A DNA stretch of 64,000 nt from an uncultured bacterium. GTDB taxonomy: Bacteria > Verrucomicrobiota > Verrucomicrobiia > Verrucomicrobiales > DEV007. Shown here in pieces: positions 36,917 to 46,238 of the stretch. The translations under genes and the position numbers were made by a program. The stretch covers positions 1 through 64,000 of the forward strand of contig CAXBMO010000031.1 of assembly GCA_963977015.1 (NCBI GenBank), written 5' to 3'. Position 1 is the stretch's first letter, and each line of letters starts with the position of its first letter. The notes under the pieces were generated by a model. It ran no database searches. It was given only the letters and a program-made list of their open reading frames with translations, and was not told the origin of the DNA.

Positions 36917-38803
36917 TCAAGGAGACGAACGAATTTTTTCGTCAGTCACCCGAACCAACGCTTCACACCAGTGATCCACCTGGATGTCCCGGCTCAAGAG
37001 GCTTGCCGTCACGACGTGAACTCCTGGTTTCATGGCCGTGTCGAGCTTGAGATTCAACGTCGCGCTCCCCTCGTTTCGCCCTTTGATCGTAACCGCATCC
37101 CGCCCCACGACTTCCTCGCCCCGATGAAACGTGACAAAGAACGTGCGATCCTGCTTGGAGTGATTCCGAATCCTGAGATCGAGGTAAACGGTTTCGCCAC
37201 GTCGCGCTTCCGTCCCATAAGGATAAAACCAGGACCACTGCTCATCGACACCGTAGTCCACATGATCCCAGGGCAGCAGCTCCGCGAGAAGCCGGCGGCG
37301 TTCTCGATAGCGATCCTCCAACAAGTTCAACTCCGGTTCGCTGAACCGAAAGCGATGCGGGATGTGCTGGTTCACCAGCCAGGTTGCGGGAGGCATGGAT
37401 CGCACGACCTCCAGACAATGGAGATAGCCGGTGTCGTCCCCCATCAAGTTGCGGTTCATCAGACAGTAGTCATCAATGCCGGAGGGCGAAAAGGAGTCGC
37501 CAATAAAGAACACCGGATCCTCGCCCGGCTTCCCGACCAGGAGCGCTCCATGGTTATACATCTGCCCGGGGAAGAAGAACCCGGTTAGCTCGAACTCCTT
37601 CCAACTCCACTTCTCGTTTTCCTTGATCACGTGCACCTGCTCAACCGCGTTCGGCGAGACTCCCGGCAGGAACCAGTTTCCCGGATTGACGAGGACGTCC
37701 GCCACTTCCGACGTGGCATAAACCGGGCAGCCGAACTGCTTTTGCGCATCTCTGACAAAGGCCGAATGATCGTTGTGAGGATGCGTCACCCAAATGCCAT
37801 CGATCGACGATACCAGCCCTTCCTCCACCAAACGGCTCAACTCGGACAGCGCCTTCTTCCCGCCGACATCCAGGACGAAACCGCTCTTATCTTCCGATAC
37901 CAGGAGCTTGGTTGTTCCCAGATGATGACACCAATCCGGGAGCTCAATATGTTCCGCAAACGGCATCAACTCGACCTTGGCCTTCTCCCCCAGCACCCGG
38001 CGACCTGCGATCGTGAGTCTCTCTTCTCCAAAGTACCAGTTCAGAGCGTTGGTCGACAGATAGTTCTGATAAACGGCCCGCGCCTGCTCGATCGCAAGAT
38101 GCAGATCCACCAACGGCTTCGTCAGGACCGGCCCTCGCAACGGAATGATGAGATCCGGCTTCAGGTTGGCGATTTTGCGAAGGCTGGCAATCCACGGCGC
38201 CAACCTTCCACCATAACCATGATACGAACCAATTTTGGCTTCGGGAATGGCATCCTGGAAACTGTAGAGATCAAAGACCTTCCCGCCTTCCCAGATCAGG
38301 TCCCCGCTGAAAACGATTCGCTTGCCATCCACATCGACAACATACGCGACCATGTCGCGGGTATAGCCGGGAACGCCGATGACCTTGATTTCCAGGCCTT
38401 GCCACTTGATCACAGCTCTGTCTTCGACACCGCGCCCGACCCGCAGCGGCAAAACGGGAAGCTTCGTGACCTGTTGGCCATAGTAGTTGAAACGGCTCTC
38501 CCACCAATCCTCCCAATGCGTTGCCGGTTGAGTCAACAATCCGCTTGAGCTCTTGGGGCTTACCACCTTGGTTTGCGCATTTCCGGCGAACATGGCCAGG
38601 TCACGCCGCACGTGGGTCATCAGCACCATGTCCGCGTCGCAGGCATCGCGAGCGCCATAAACCTGAATCGTTTTCCCGTTCCGCTCCAGCGTTGCCGCAT
38701 TCAGGGCGCCGAACTCAACCTTGAGCCCCTTGGGAAGATCCTGAGCGAGGCAGAACGTAAAACCTGCGGCCCACAAACAGAGAACGAAGCGGAGTTTTCT
38801 CAT
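36917..38803 (-). CDS. Tandem MBL-fold metallo-hydrolase, secreted
   Basis: Degenerate THVRRD domain followed by THPHNDH; FSGD and FIGD motifs. Confidence 0.78.
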   Translation of the reverse strand: MRKLRFVLCLWAAGFTFCLAQDLPKGLKVEFGALNAATLERNGKTIQVYGARDACDADMVLMTHVRRDLAMFAGNAQTKVVSPKSSSGLLTQPATHWEDWWESRFNYYGQQVTKLPVLPLRVGRGVEDRAVIKWQGLEIKVIGVPGYTRDMVAYVVDVDGKRIVFSGDLIWEGGKVFDLYSFQDAIPEAKIGSYHGYGGRLAPWIASLRKIANLKPDLIIPLRGPVLTKPLVDLHLAIEQARAVYQNYLSTNALNWYFGEERLTIAGRRVLGEKAKVELMPFAEHIELPDWCHHLGTTKLLVSEDKSGFVLDVGGKKALSELSRLVEEGLVSSIDGIWVTHPHNDHSAFVRDAQKQFGCPVYATSEVADVLVNPGNWFLPGVSPNAVEQVHVIKENEKWSWKEFELTGFFFPGQMYNHGALLVGKPGEDPVFFIGDSFSPSGIDDYCLMNRNLMGDDTGYLHCLEVVRSMPPATWLVNQHIPHRFRFSEPELNLLEDRYRERRRLLAELLPWDHVDYGVDEQWSWFYPYGTEARRGETVYLDLRIRNHSKQDRTFFVTFHRGEEVVGRDAVTIKGRNEGSATLNLKLDTAMKPGVHVVTASLLSRDIQVDHWCEALVRVTDEKIRSSP

Positions 38804-38824
38804 TCGGAAAACCTAGCGGCTCCA

Positions 38825-39247
38825 TCAGCGCAACTGCAACTCAAACTCGTCGCCCGGAGGCAAATCCCTCGTTTTGGGGAACGAACCGGGGCGCGTCACA
38901 ACCAATAACAAGCGTTTCGCTGAATCTGACAGAAGGCGAAACCCCAAGGATTCGACCTGCGGTGAAAACGCAAAACTCGCGCTCAGATATCCATCGGGAA
39001 GCTCAGTCCCGGTCCGATCGACGACCGGTTCAGCATCCAACGGGTTGTTGCCGATGCGAATCGCAAAATTCTTCTCGAGGTAGGCATCGATTCCCGACCC
39101 GGCGAGGTCCGTTTCATGAATCAACACCTCCACCCATCCGCTCCCTTCCGCTTCGATCCTTACCTCGATGCGATGATAGAGCTCGAAATGTGCATCAGCC
39201 TGGAAGCACACAACGAGAAAGGCGAAGACGGGTAGAATCGGCTTCAC
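38825..39247 (-). CDS. Secreted hypothetical protein
   Basis: Signal-like N-terminus ending ADAH; start uncertain. Confidence 0.55.
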   Translation of the reverse strand: MKPILPVFAFLVVCFQADAHFELYHRIEVRIEAEGSGWVEVLIHETDLAGSGIDAYLEKNFAIRIGNNPLDAEPVVDRTGTELPDGYLSASFAFSPQVESLGFRLLSDSAKRLLLVVTRPGSFPKTRDLPPGDEFELQLR

Positions 39248-39391
39248 AAGGTTAGGGAGCGTTTGAATTCTCAATTCCAACCGACCTGGATTTCCGATGC
39301 CATTTCCCGACAATCGCAGTTTGGCAATGCGTCATGAGGGAAGCCTAGCGAAGGCCCCGAGCCGGACAAGCCTGGAAAACGAACTTCGCGC

Positions 39392-40750
39392 TTGCTGATG
39401 AGTCATTCGAATCGAGCATGCGCCGTGCCGAAACTCTGGGATCCCAATGTACCGTTCGCTCCATCACGATTACCCTTTTTCTACGGCTGGGTAATTGTTC
39501 TTGGCGCGACGATTGGCACCCTTTTCAGCATCCCCGGGCAAACGATGGGGTTCAGCGTTTTTACCGACGTGATGATGCGGGAACTGAACCTGAATCGGAT
39601 CCTCCTCAGCACCGCGTATTGCATTGGCACGGTCGCCAGTGGCCTCACACTGCCCTGGCTCGGAAAAATTTTTGACGCCTGGGGTGCGCGACGCATGGTC
39701 GTGGCCTCATCATTCGCCACGGGGTTGATCCTTTTCTATCTCAGCCAATCGGCTCAGCTCGCTCACTTTCTCTCAAGCCCGTTTGAGGCGGAGATCCACC
39801 CCGCCATTTCCTTTGTCATCATCGGGCTCGGGTTTTACATGATTCGCGTCTCGGCCCAGGGCGTCCTCACCATGAGTTGCCGAAACGCGGTGGGTAAGTG
39901 GTTCGATCGCAAACGCGGGAATGCGATTTCCGCCAGCCAGCTGCTGGTATCGCTGGGCTTCTCTCTCGCGCCCGTCGTCCTGCTATCCATGATCAACCGG
40001 TTTGGATACGACGGCGCCTGGCAAATTCTGGGACTACTGACGCTTTTCGTGATGGTGCCGATTGGCTGGCTGATTATCCGCGACAACCCGGAGGAATGCG
40101 GGCTCGCAATGGACGGAGCCATCGGCGAGCAGGCCCCTTCTTCCAATCTGGACATGGTCATCAAACGCGATTTTTCGCGTTCCGAAGCCCTCCGCACCGT
40201 CTCTTTCTGGTCCTTCAACCTGTCGCTGGCCTGGGTTGGGCTCTTCGTCACCGCCTTCACCTTTCACATTGAATCCATCGGCTCCGATTTTGGCTTCGAC
40301 CGCCAGGCAATCGTTGAGAAATTCTTTCCCATGGCGGTCTGCAGCGTCTCGACCAATCTCATTTTCGGGATGCTGAGTTCGCGAATTCGCATCAAGTGGC
40401 TCCTTCTGACCATGAACCTGGCCAGCGTCTGCGGAGCCATCGGGCTGCTCTTTCTGACTACCCCAACCGGACTTTGGGCTTACATTATTGGGAATGGAAT
40501 GGCGGGCGGCGGGTTTGTCAGCATCGGTGGAATTATCTGGCCACGCTTTTTTGGCCGACGCTGGCTTGGGGCGGTCAGCGGCGCCAGCATGTCGACGATC
40601 GTGATCGCCAGTGGAATCGGCCCCCTCGGTTTCGCGATTTCCAAGCATCTGACCTCCAGCTACGAGCCGGCATTGATCGCCAGCTTCATCATTCCGCTGC
40701 TTCTCGCGATCTCCAGTATCTGGGCCGAAAACCCGCAGCGAAAGGTCTAA
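39392..40750 (+). CDS. MFS transporter
   Basis: FFYGWVIV, PGQT, WFDRKRG, RFFGR; about 12 transmembrane segments; start uncertain. Confidence 0.88.
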   Translation: MLMSHSNRACAVPKLWDPNVPFAPSRLPFFYGWVIVLGATIGTLFSIPGQTMGFSVFTDVMMRELNLNRILLSTAYCIGTVASGLTLPWLGKIFDAWGARRMVVASSFATGLILFYLSQSAQLAHFLSSPFEAEIHPAISFVIIGLGFYMIRVSAQGVLTMSCRNAVGKWFDRKRGNAISASQLLVSLGFSLAPVVLLSMINRFGYDGAWQILGLLTLFVMVPIGWLIIRDNPEECGLAMDGAIGEQAPSSNLDMVIKRDFSRSEALRTVSFWSFNLSLAWVGLFVTAFTFHIESIGSDFGFDRQAIVEKFFPMAVCSVSTNLIFGMLSSRIRIKWLLLTMNLASVCGAIGLLFLTTPTGLWAYIIGNGMAGGGFVSIGGIIWPRFFGRRWLGAVSGASMSTIVIASGIGPLGFAISKHLTSSYEPALIASFIIPLLLAISSIWAENPQRKV

Positions 40751-40952
40751 GGGGGCGTTTAATAATGAGGTCGAGTCGCGCTGCGAGTGATTTTGTCGCC
40801 TGGGAATGATGGCTCGCGGCGGCGATGAGCCTTCTCACAAAGCCCCGAACAGCATTTCCAGTCGGGAAAAGCGCCGCATCTCAAGATCATGCGAAGCCAA
40901 TCTTTAAAAAAGAGGAACAACTTGCGCGTCCGTCATCATTTTTAAACGCTCC

Positions 40953-43469
40953 CTAAGTCAGAATCTCTGAGAAATCGATGATCCCTTTCCGGATCGAATA
41001 GACCACGGTATCAAGCGCGATCTCTTCGGGGTAGGCAAATCGGTCGACCATATTCTGGAGGATCGTCTCAACCTGATCCCGAATGTCATCGGAGCATTCC
41101 TCGAACTTCTTGAGGTTGTTCTGCCGCTGAAAGAACCCATTGCGAAGCTCTTCCGGATTGATGCCCTCAACGGATTTCCGATGAGAAAGCAATGCGGTGT
41201 ATTCGGATGAGAAGCAGTGAAGCAGATTGTCGTTCCTGCTCGTGATGATCGGCTTGTCTTGTCCTGACGTAATCTCCCCGGCTCCATGAAGATCGAGGAA
41301 TTTCTGCGCCATCTCCTTGCGGCACTTCTCCTGATCTCCTCCGGGACGCAAAATCTCACCGACGGAATCGAGAAACTCAAAATCGGGTTGATCCACTTTT
41401 TCTCCCGTGTCCGGATCGATATAGGTATATCGAGGAACAATGACATGGGCAAACGCCTTGTTCTCCAGGGCCTTATCCAACAGCGCATGCTGCAGATACT
41501 TTCGAAGATCGAACTCGATCCTTTCAGGATCGCGATTCACGGTGGCAACGGTGATCTCCTTCTTCAGCGTCGAGTGATAGATTCCCTGGACGACCTTAAT
41601 CAGGCCTTTGTAATCGCCAAAGTCTCCCTCCCCTTCTTCGAGATGCACGTTTCCAATCTCCCGTTCCATCAACTGGTCTGACTGGCGCTTCGGTCCATCC
41701 AATACCAGCCAATGATGCACCTCCGGTCCCTCCTTCATCACTTGTTCCAATTGGCTCAGAAATACCGACACCGTCACTTTTCTACCATCGGAAATTGCGA
41801 TGGTATTCCGCATGATGTTTTGCAGTTGGCGAATCGAGAGGCCAAACTTTCCTTCGTCAGGATATCTCTCCTGGAAGAGCTCCCTCATGAATTCATCGTC
41901 GATGAGTGCGATCTCATCCGTGGCAAACAGCCCGGAATCCTCCAACGAGACCGCATCCCGGTGACGAATCACAAACCCGTTCACAAAGTCTTCGTTGTTG
42001 AGATCGAGCCCCAATCGGGCACATTCGTTTCGAAACGGATGCCAGGGTGGCAATTTCCGAATCGTCCTTACCGGATCTTCCGAACGATTGCTGTAGATAA
42101 AGAGCTTCTGCTCGGGAGTGATCGAGGAGTAGAGATCCTGTTGTTCTTCACTCCAATGCGGCGGGAACTGAGTCCTTGCCGGCGGAAAGAGTCGCGTGAG
42201 AACCGAGTAATAGGCGGCGACCCGGATCAAATTCGGATCAATATCGTACTTCTGGCGAACGTTCGCCATGTCACGATGCAAAATATCCATCTCAGAAATG
42301 GCATCGAGAAGATAGTTCACCGGAACCTTCTCGATTCGATCCAGGAGTTTGCTGGATGTTAGCTGTTCGTCCAATCGACGCATTTCCTCCAAATTCGTCG
42401 TCATCATGACGGTCGCATCCAGCGAGGCCTGCGTGAAATCCAGCGTAATCTTTCCCGACCCCAACAACATCAGGAGGGGTTTGTATTCTTGTTCGTCAGG
42501 ATGAGGTCCATGCCCCCCAAACGCATCATGAATATGCAGCATCCCGCGGTTGGAGGAAAGCAGAGCTCCTTCATACTGATACGTCAGCCGCCCCTGAAGA
42601 TGGTCGTTGAGCAAGCGCATGTCGTGATCATCCAGATTGATCGGCCGGACTCTCACCTGGAGCTGTCGCATATCATCCACGTTCGCGATTCCCTTGCCCC
42701 GTGCGACAGAATACTCCACCTCCTCAACCCGCACATATTCCTCAATCAACTCGAACAACGTCTTGTGCTCGTTCCGTGGGTTTTTCCTCAAAATCTCAAG
42801 GATATCCAGGGAACGCTTGTCCAGAGTCGCGTATTGATAGTAGGAAGGAATGGAAACCCGCTTATCGCTATCCTGCAATTTCGTGACATGATCGAAAATT
42901 TCCTGCCTCGGACGGGATACGGATCCATCATCGTTCTGCAACGTGATTGGAAAGAGCAGGATCGGGTTGGGCATGAGTGAGGAGCGAAGCTCCAACTGCC
43001 GGCCATCCTCATTTCCCAGCCGGAAGAAAAACGTGTACTGCTTCAACGGAGCTTCCTTGGAATACTCCTCAATCGCTTTCGCGATTAAGTCCGCAATATT
43101 GGTCTTCCCTGAAGCGGGAGGTCCGACCAACACAATCCCCCGCTTCGGCCCGGATTCCTTATCGACAGACTCAATCACATCCACAATCCGCTTGATGCAG
43201 AATTCTTGGCCGTATACGGCATTGATTCCGTTCGAAAATTGATCTTGGAAGACTTTGTAGCGCAAACACGGCTCGCCACTTCGAACCACCGCTTCCACGC
43301 CAAAATGCTTGATGGCTTCAAGCATAATTGATGCAGAAGTCTTCAGGACGCTGGTTGGTTCCTCAATAAAACGCTCAACAAACTGTGAGAAGCGCATACT
43401 GCTCCTCCTCTCCGTCCCCAGGAGGCTCTTATAGTCGAAGTGTTCGGTAAAGTTTTTTGGTTCTTCCAT
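40953..43469 (-). CDS. PrkA-family AAA / serine kinase-like protein (second, longer paralogue)
   Basis: Walker A GPPASGKT, SNRGMLH, LLDRIEKVPVNY, GLSIR. Confidence 0.8.
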   Translation of the reverse strand: MEEPKNFTEHFDYKSLLGTERRSSMRFSQFVERFIEEPTSVLKTSASIMLEAIKHFGVEAVVRSGEPCLRYKVFQDQFSNGINAVYGQEFCIKRIVDVIESVDKESGPKRGIVLVGPPASGKTNIADLIAKAIEEYSKEAPLKQYTFFFRLGNEDGRQLELRSSLMPNPILLFPITLQNDDGSVSRPRQEIFDHVTKLQDSDKRVSIPSYYQYATLDKRSLDILEILRKNPRNEHKTLFELIEEYVRVEEVEYSVARGKGIANVDDMRQLQVRVRPINLDDHDMRLLNDHLQGRLTYQYEGALLSSNRGMLHIHDAFGGHGPHPDEQEYKPLLMLLGSGKITLDFTQASLDATVMMTTNLEEMRRLDEQLTSSKLLDRIEKVPVNYLLDAISEMDILHRDMANVRQKYDIDPNLIRVAAYYSVLTRLFPPARTQFPPHWSEEQQDLYSSITPEQKLFIYSNRSEDPVRTIRKLPPWHPFRNECARLGLDLNNEDFVNGFVIRHRDAVSLEDSGLFATDEIALIDDEFMRELFQERYPDEGKFGLSIRQLQNIMRNTIAISDGRKVTVSVFLSQLEQVMKEGPEVHHWLVLDGPKRQSDQLMEREIGNVHLEEGEGDFGDYKGLIKVVQGIYHSTLKKEITVATVNRDPERIEFDLRKYLQHALLDKALENKAFAHVIVPRYTYIDPDTGEKVDQPDFEFLDSVGEILRPGGDQEKCRKEMAQKFLDLHGAGEITSGQDKPIITSRNDNLLHCFSSEYTALLSHRKSVEGINPEELRNGFFQRQNNLKKFEECSDDIRDQVETILQNMVDRFAYPEEIALDTVVYSIRKGIIDFSEILT

Positions 43470-43480
43470 ATAACGAAAAG

Positions 43481-45106
43481 CTAAATTCTAAACGGTTTCT
43501 CACCGCTACGCATACGGTCCGCAACCTCGGCAAAATCGGGTGCCGTCACCGCTTCCTTGCGAAATTTTCCGGCGGAGAGCGTGTAGAGAGAATCCTTGCA
43601 CAACAAGGATACGGCTCCCTTCCAGATCATGTTGATATTCTTCAGGGTTGGTTTGATCCACTTCTTGCGGAGATCCCTGCCATCGTCTCGATGATAGAGA
43701 AGCAAGCCGCCCTCCATGAAATCAACATCAATGAGGTAAATTCGCGGACGATAGAAGTGGGTAAAGAATTCCAGCATCTCTTCTTTGACCGGCTTGGGGT
43801 CAATCCAGACAAACTGGGCATTTTCTTTGGCCACGTCATTGGCGCGGATCCCGAGTTGGGTGGCATAGGCCTTGGGTATTCGATTGAGATGAAATTCCTC
43901 AACAAGGGACTCATTCAAAAACCGCCGGAGAAACTCGTAATCCGTGCAGGTCTTGACGATCTTCTCCATTTCCGTCAACGGATCCGTTCCCTTGGGCCGG
44001 TTCCAAGTCTGTTTCGTCGCCATATCCGTCTCTTCCATGTAGTCCAGACTGACACGGCCCTGACGAAACAACTCTTCAATGTGTTTCCACATATAGAATC
44101 CCAAGTGATACGGGTTCCGTTGAAAATAGGGACGCGGATAGCAGACACCGGCAAAGATCTTGCAGTAATCGATGATTCCAGAGCAGGCTTTTTCAGCGAA
44201 GAGCTCCTTCATGATCTTATGCTCCCAATGCATTGCCCAGCCCTCATTCATGATCTGGGTTCGAATCACGAAATCCTGGGTCGAATTCACGGTGTAGAGG
44301 TAATCCAGAATGGAGCGCTCTCCCCGACTGGTCGGTGCAAACCGGCGCAGAAACCCCATGATGTCCTGGCAGGGAGCCCGCAGCTTGTATCCACGACGAC
44401 TCAACGTCTCCTGGCGCTCTTTCTTGCGCTGCTCTTTCTTTACCAGGATCTCACCGTCATTCGGGCTCTGAAGAATTTCGCTCAACGTATGAGAATACGG
44501 CACCGAAAACATTGGGGCCTTCGGCTTCTCTTCGCCTTCCTGATAGGACTCCCTCAGCACCAAATCCGTATCGACGGAACTCTCCAGATTATACTGCGAG
44601 TTCGGAGAAATCAGCGGCACGAGCGACTCCGCCGCGTTCCAATACGCCTGATAATGCAGTTCCCCCATCTGGGGACGACTTCGATTCACCTGGTTCGTTA
44701 GATGAACCACATATTCGGTACGGTCATCGTTTGAATCCTTCAGGACATTCAACTCGGAAAACTCGCAATGCCCGACCACGTGCGCCATCACACTCGCCTG
44801 CACCATGGGCGAATTCGTTTCATTGAGGTAGGCATAGGACGGTCTGCCCGTCTGGACGACCTCGTAATAGAGTGAGGATTCCTGACCCGACTCAATTCGA
44901 TAGCGCTTGGATACCATATCCTTCCCCTCCCAAATATTGACGGGACTTACGGGGTAGACCCGCTTCAGGAGCAGGGATGCGAACTCCATCGGATCCAAAA
45001 TGAAAAACCGCATTTCGGGCAACGTTCGCCCAAACACGTCGACGGCGTAGTGAAGCACGCGATCTTCGAGCGCCTTCAATTCTGGGTCTGTGTGTATCGC
45101 TCGCAT
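43481..45106 (-). CDS. SpoVR-family protein
   Basis: YEVVQT..PSYAYL, AHVVGH, TQIMNEGWAMHW, NPYHLG. Confidence 0.92.
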   Translation of the reverse strand: MRAIHTDPELKALEDRVLHYAVDVFGRTLPEMRFFILDPMEFASLLLKRVYPVSPVNIWEGKDMVSKRYRIESGQESSLYYEVVQTGRPSYAYLNETNSPMVQASVMAHVVGHCEFSELNVLKDSNDDRTEYVVHLTNQVNRSRPQMGELHYQAYWNAAESLVPLISPNSQYNLESSVDTDLVLRESYQEGEEKPKAPMFSVPYSHTLSEILQSPNDGEILVKKEQRKKERQETLSRRGYKLRAPCQDIMGFLRRFAPTSRGERSILDYLYTVNSTQDFVIRTQIMNEGWAMHWEHKIMKELFAEKACSGIIDYCKIFAGVCYPRPYFQRNPYHLGFYMWKHIEELFRQGRVSLDYMEETDMATKQTWNRPKGTDPLTEMEKIVKTCTDYEFLRRFLNESLVEEFHLNRIPKAYATQLGIRANDVAKENAQFVWIDPKPVKEEMLEFFTHFYRPRIYLIDVDFMEGGLLLYHRDDGRDLRKKWIKPTLKNINMIWKGAVSLLCKDSLYTLSAGKFRKEAVTAPDFAEVADRMRSGEKPFRI

Positions 45107-45113
45107 CGGTAGA

Positions 45114-46169
45114 TTAGCTAAACAGGTCTCTGATTACGTGTTTGATGTCCGAGGAATCGCTCATGGAGGTCAACCTCACGATTGGATCCTCCTCAAACCG
45201 CAACTCCAGTCGTTCGTTGAGTTGGCTGATGCCACTTGGCTTGACCTCCACGATTCCAACCCGGTTGAATATCGGCGCCATCTCTTTGTCGAGAATGGTG
45301 GATATCTCGTCCGCATCTTCCTGAAACACCTCACCGTCTCCAAAATAGAAGCCATAGAAGTTGGTCGCTGCGACATCGTATTCATTACGAGCCACCTGGC
45401 TTACGAGTTCAAAAACGCCACTCGCATACGTACCTCCGGCATTCTTGATGTTGTAAAACTGGTCGGGAAGAACCTCGTGCGCCTCCGAATCATGAACGAA
45501 GAATCGATGCTCCACTTTGTTGGCTCCGTAGTTAAAATCCAACCAGTGTTCAATGAAGTTCACGACCCGCTTCTCCAACTTCAGTCGATCTCCATAGGTT
45601 GAGTAGGAAATATCACCCATATAGAAAACCACCGCTTGAAAACGCGGCTTCTCGATCCGTTCCGGCAGTTTGAATCTCCGATCCCTTCGCCGAATCTGGA
45701 TCGCGTAACGCCTTTCCAGAGGATTGTAAGTCTTCGTCCCAATGCTGGTTTTCAGGGCACGCTTAAACGTGCGCTTCTTATCGAGAATGATCCCGGCGGT
45801 CCCATACGTTTTGAATTCGTAGCTGACTTCCTTGATCCTCCCCTGACCTGTCTTCAGAAGACGAGGCAGCTTCAGCTTTTCCGCGATCAGTTCCATCAAC
45901 AAATCAAACGACACTGAGAAGCTGATTTTCTCAGCGCCCCGTCCCGGGCCCTCGCCGCCTTTGCCTCCACCGCCCTCGCTCTCATCACCATACGTGAAGC
46001 GGGGAGGACTGATATCGTTCATGTCGACGATGATCTCACTGTCCCTCCCACCAAGGGTGGAAAGGTCACCTTCATTGACGATATTATCCAACAACTCCTC
46101 CAGGTGATCATTGACAAAGTCATTGAACACTCCCTCGGATTCCGCTGAATCAATTTTGTCTTCAGTCAT
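45114..46169 (-). CDS. DUF444 (YeaH/YhbH) vWA-like protein
   Basis: Gly-rich GGGGKGGEGPG, KKRTFK, DISYS, HDSEA, GGT. Confidence 0.85.
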   Translation of the reverse strand: MTEDKIDSAESEGVFNDFVNDHLEELLDNIVNEGDLSTLGGRDSEIIVDMNDISPPRFTYGDESEGGGGKGGEGPGRGAEKISFSVSFDLLMELIAEKLKLPRLLKTGQGRIKEVSYEFKTYGTAGIILDKKRTFKRALKTSIGTKTYNPLERRYAIQIRRRDRRFKLPERIEKPRFQAVVFYMGDISYSTYGDRLKLEKRVVNFIEHWLDFNYGANKVEHRFFVHDSEAHEVLPDQFYNIKNAGGTYASGVFELVSQVARNEYDVAATNFYGFYFGDGEVFQEDADEISTILDKEMAPIFNRVGIVEVKPSGISQLNERLELRFEEDPIVRLTSMSDSSDIKHVIRDLFS

Positions 46170-46238
46170 CGTTATGGGATCAACTTAGGTTTGTTGTTAG
46201 GATTCCGGGCATTCTGCCCGAATCCCAAGAGGCGGGCA

